Of a DNA stretch of 64,000 nucleotides, positions 59,605-64,000 are shown piece by piece. The stretch comes from Candidatus Eiseniibacteriota bacterium (GTDB lineage: Bacteria; Eisenbacteria; RBG-16-71-46), in contig CAVZLN010000006.1 in assembly GCA_963776245.1 (NCBI GenBank), positions 576,001 through 640,000 on the forward strand, given 5' to 3'. Below the pieces are notes generated by a model. The model was not told where the DNA came from. It worked only from the letters and a program-made list of their open reading frames with translations, and did no database searches. Both the position numbers and the translations under genes were made by a program. The number at the start of each line of letters is the position of its first letter. Positions within the stretch are counted from its first letter, which is position 1.

Positions 59605-62600
59605 ATGCCGGTGGCGTTCGCCGTGCTGCTCGCCGCCGCGCCGGCCGCGGCGCCCATCGCGGGCACGCCGATCGCCAACACCGCCAGGGAGCCTGCACCG
59701 ACCCGACCGGCCGTCACGCTGCGGCCGCGTCGAACACCGTGCGGCCGTCGTGCAGCCGTTCGAGGCGCCTGGCCTGACGCCCTAGCCCGGCGCTCATCGC
59801 GCGCCCCGGCGAGACCGTGGTGTTCGCCGCACATGCTGCGCAACACCGGCCACGACCAGCGACTATCGGCTCGATCTCGCGAACGTCGGCGGCGACGACT
59901 TCGATCTCGACGCGCTCGCGATCGTCCTCGACCGCGACCTCGACGGCGCCGTGAGCGGCGCCGACCTTCCGCTCGCGCACGGCGGCATGCTGACGCTCGC
60001 GCGCCGGCGATTCGGCGGCGCGTGCTCGTGACCGGCACGGTGCCGCACGGCGCCCGCGGCTGTCGCAGGCGTGGCTCGCGCTCACCGCGACCTCCCAGGC
60101 GCAGCGCGTCTCCGAGTCGGTCACCGACACGGTGCGCACGCCGCCGCTCGGGCCACCGCCGTCGATCGCGTTCTTCACCGGGAATGACTACACGCGCACG
60201 ACGCGCCGCACGCCGCTGGGCACCCCGCTGTTCGTGCAGGCCATCGCGCCGCAGGCCGACCTGCGACCGGGCGGGATCGACACCGTCACCATCCGGCTCG
60301 CGACCCGCCTCACCGGCGATCTCGACGAGTTCCGGGCCGTCGAGACCGGGCCGCACACCGGCACGTTCCGCATCGTCGCCGTTGTCACGCCACTCACCCG
60401 CCGCCGGGCGCCACCGCACAGGCCGGCGACGGCGTGATCGAGGTGCGCCGCGGCGAGGAGGTCACCGCGACGCTGTTCGGCTGCGGGGCGCGCGCACCGA
60501 CGCGACGGTGTGGGTGGACCCCGCGCGGCAGGTGTTCGACGCGAGCAGCGGGGTGGCGCTCGGCGGCGCGCGCGTGCAGCTGATCGACGTCACCGGCGCG
60601 GGCAATGGCGGCCGACCCGGCGCGCTCGCGCAGGTGTTCGCGGCCGACGGGGCCACGCCGGCGCCCGCCGACACGGTGACCGGCGCGACCGGACAGTTCG
60701 AGTTCCCGTGGGTCGCGCGGAGCACCTACCGCCTGCTGGTGCTGCCCCCGGCGCCCTATCGCTTCCCCTCGCTGGCGCCCCCCGCGACGCTCGCCTCCCG
60801 GCCACGTGCTCGACGCCGGCGGTTCGTTCGGCCAGCCGTTCCCGATCACCGAGGACGGTGCGCCGATCGTGATGGACCTGCCGGTGGACGCGCTCCACCC
60901 GGTGGTGCTGTTCGCCGAGAAGGCCGCCTCGCGCACCGAGGCCGAGCTCGGCGACGACGTCGGCTACCAGGTCCGCGTGGCGAACCGCTCCGACAGCACG
61001 ATCGCCACTCTCGGCGTGCGCGATGTCCTGCCGGTGGGTTTCGCGTACGTGGCGGGCAGCGCGCGGGTGGGCGGCGCCGCGGTGGCCGATCCGAAGCGCG
61101 CCGGCGGCACGCTGGAGTTCGCGCTCGGCGCCCTCGCGCCGCACGCGACCGTCACGCTCGCCTATCGCTTGCGCGTCGGCCCCGGCGCCTCGCTCGGCGA
61201 GGCGGTCAACCGCGCGACCGCGAGCAGTGGCAGCGCGCGCTCGAACGAGGCAGTGGCGCGGGTCACCGTGCGCGGCGGGGTGTTCGCCGACGAGGGCATC
61301 ATCCTCGGCACCGTGGGGCTCGATGCCGATCGCGACGGGCGGCTCTCGGCCGGCGAGCCCGGCCTCGCCGGCGTGCGGCTGGTGCTGGACGATGGCACCT
61401 GGGCGGTGACCGACGCGCGCGGGCGTTACAGCTTCACCGGCGTCACGCCGCGCACCCACGCGCTCAAGGTGGACCCCTCGACGGTGCCCACAGCGGCGAC
61501 GCTGATCGCGCTCGACCATCGCGCCGGCGGCCTGCCCGGACTGCGCTTCGTGGACCTCACGCGCGGCGAACTGGCGCGCGCCGACTTCGCCGCGCAGGGC
61601 GACACCGCGGCGCTGCGCGACGTGTCCGACCACGGCGTCGCGAGCGGCCGCCCCGAGCGCGATCGCCTGCTCGCGCGCGGCGCCGACCCGCTCGCCACGC
61701 CGATGCCGGCTTCCGATCCGCGCGCGCTTCCCGCCAGCCGCGTGCTCACCGGCGAGAGCGGGCTGCCGCTGACGCGCCGCGCGACCGGCACGCCGGGCGC
61801 GAGCGCGACCGCCACCGCGACGTGGCCCGCGCCGGCGCCTGAGTCCGGCCGCGCGACCGAGTCGCCGGCGCCGCAGGACGCGCGGTCGCCCCGCGCGCTC
61901 GCGAGCCTGCCGCTCGAGCAGCTGGTGTCGCAGCTCGACGCCGAGCCGGGCTTCCTCGGCCTCGCCGACCTCGACACGGTCGCGGTCACGCAGATCGCGG
62001 TCCGCGTCAAGGGTGGTGCGGGCACGCATCTGGAGCTGTTCGTGAACGGGCGGCTCGAGCCGGACACGCGCGTCGCCCGTCGCGTGATCGCGCCCGAGGC
62101 GGGCATCGAGGCGCGGGAGTACCTCGGGGTCGACCTGCGGCCCGGCGTGAACGTGCTCGAGGTGGCGCCGGCCCAGTCGCTCGCCCGCGCCGCGGTGCGC
62201 GTGGTGGCGCCCGGGCCGCTCGCCGCGCTCATGCTCGACGCGCCGCGCGGCGTGCCCGCGGATGGCGTCACGCCCGCGGAGGTCACCCTGTCGCTGCTCG
62301 ACGCGCACGGCGTGCCGGTGGGCGCGCGCACGCTGGTGACGCTCGAGAGCACGCTCGGCCGGGTGCGCCTCGACGACCTGGATCCCGCCACCGCCGGCGT
62401 GCAGATCGCCGTCGAGGGCGGCCGCGCGCGGGTGCCGCTGGAATCACCGGCCGCCCCCGGGGTCGCGCGGCTGACGGCGGCGACCGGCGAGCTGCACGCG
62501 GTGGCGTTCGTCCCCTTCACCACCGAGCCGCGGCGGCTGCTGGCGGTGGGCACGCTCGAGGGCGTGCTGGGCTGGAACGGCTTCTCGCGGCGCGGTGCCG

Positions 62601-64000
62601 CGGCCGACCCGCGCGAGGCGCGTTTCGAGTCGCCCGCCGAGCAGTTCGCGAGCGTGAGCCGCGACGGCCGCGCGAGCGCCGCGGCGCGCGGCGCGTTCTT
62701 CCTCAAGGGGCGGGCGGCGGGGCCGTGGTCGCTCACCCTCGGGTACGACTCCGACCGCGAGCGCGACGCCCGCCGGTTCCGCGACCTGCAGCCCGACGCG
62801 GGCTACACCGTGCTGGGCGACGCGTCGGTGCGCGGCTACGACGCGCAGAGCACCGGCCGGCTCTATTCCCGGCTCGAGCGTCCGGGCGCCTGGCTGCTGT
62901 ACGGGGACTATGTCACGCAGGGCATCGGATCACCCGCCGAGGGCGGCACGCGCGCGCTGGCGGCCTACAACCGCAGCTTCTCGGGGGCGCAGACGCACTG
63001 GGAGGAGGGCGCGGTGCGGGTGGACGCCTTCACCAGCCGCGATCGCACCCGCAGCCGCGTCGACGAGCTCCCGGGCCTCGGGATCTCGGGCCCCTACCAG
63101 TTGCGCGCGTTCCCATTCGTGGAGAACACCGAGCGCGTCGAGGTGCTGGTGCGCGACCGCGAGCACCCGGGCGTGGTGCTGAGCACCTCGGCGCGCGAGC
63201 GCTTCACCGACTACGAGGTGGAGCCGTTCACCGGGCGCCTGCTGTTCCGCGCCCCGGTGCCCAGCCTCGACGCGGCGATGAACCCGGTGTCGGTGCGCGT
63301 GACGTACGAGGTGCGCACCGCCGACGGCGGCCCGGCCGGCGATCCGTTCTGGGTGCACGGCGCGACCGCGCGCTGGCAGGCGGCGTCCGCGCTCGAGCTC
63401 TCGGGCACCGTGGTGGACGATCACGACCCCGCTGCCCCGCGCGAGCTCCGCGGCGCGGCGTTCCGCACGCGGCTGGCGCCTCGCACCACGCTGGAGGGCG
63501 AGTGGGCGCTCACCCAGCGACTCGGCACGACCGCCGGCCAGGGCGGGCGGCTCGAGTTGCGGCACGCGGCCGGCGGCATCGACGCGCATCTGTGGGGAGC
63601 GTCCACCGGAGCGCGCTTCGACAACCCGTTCGCGGGTTTCGCGGGCGGACGCGACGATGCGGGCGGCCGGCTGGAGGCGCGCCTCGCCGAGCGCACCCGG
63701 CTCACCGCCGAGGCGTCGTACAGCGGGGACGCCGCCGGGCGCGACCGCCGCGGCGGCGGCCTGCTCGCGCTCGACCGCGCGCTCTCGGACGCGTGGCGCG
63801 GCCAGCTCGGGGTGCGCGTCTCGGATGGCACGGTGCGCGCGAACGGCGAGGACCCGCTGGTCGCCGCGGTCCGCACCCGGCTCGGGTGGCAGCCGCGCTC
63901 GCGCCCCGAGTGGACGAGCTACGCCGAGGGCGAGCAGGACGTGCGCGAGGCGCGCCGGCGCATGGCGGCGCTGGGGAGCGAGTACCGGGTCGCGGGGCGC
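59605..64000 (+). CDS. Giant secreted/outer-membrane protein: DUF11 + SdrD-B-like + Ig domains + C-terminal beta-barrel (several frameshifts in 59690-60810; runs off the window)
   Basis: N-terminal APIAGTPIANTA; fragments in changing frames up to about 60810; then apparently one frame to 64000 with LFAEK...RDVLP...VNRATA, GTVGLDADRDG...EPGLAGVRL...TDARGRYSF, AFFLKG...LTLGYDS, GDAS...AQSTGRLY and amphipathic barrel strands. Start uncertain. Confidence 0.7.

Overview
Very GC-rich bacterial chromosomal window with about 45 genes. I found no rRNA, tRNA, CRISPR array, transposase or integrase. Five secreted proteins share a FlgD-Ig/T9SS-like C-terminal domain and one carries a C-terminal TWGxxKxxY tail; together these suggest an FCB-related lineage such as Ca. 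Eisenbacteria (inference). Left to right: DUF2911 protein; GT-C-like membrane protein; PP2C phosphatase, Ser/Thr kinase (TPR/PEGA), TPR protein and secreted proteins; repeat beta-propeller protein; DUF4347-like His/Cys protein; glycosyltransferase operon; Uup; outer-membrane barrel; YaeQ; LEA-2 lipoprotein; topoisomerase IB; HNH nuclease; FabH-like enzyme; a cold/osmotic cluster (cyclic beta-1,2-glucan synthase, cold-shock protein, DUF3494 ice-binding lipoprotein, OmpA, two tiny membrane proteins, sigma54-like promoter); an arsR-acr3-arsP-arsEFG-like operon; PLP decarboxylase and arylamine N-acetyltransferase; Xre-RES toxin-antitoxin; STAS protein; HI0933 flavoprotein; pirin; and a three-gene DUF11 locus running off the right edge. 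The DUF11 locus is the best candidate for an undescribed system. Its main subunit begins with the Asn-bearing last strands of a DUF11 isopeptide domain and ends with a DUF11 domain that lacks exactly those strands. This suggests a fibre that polymerises by donor-strand exchange and is covalently cross-linked, with an acceptor-only cap or chaperone and an outer-membrane barrel anchor. Several single-base frameshifts probably reflect long-read assembly errors. All family calls come from motif recognition by eye, not database searches.
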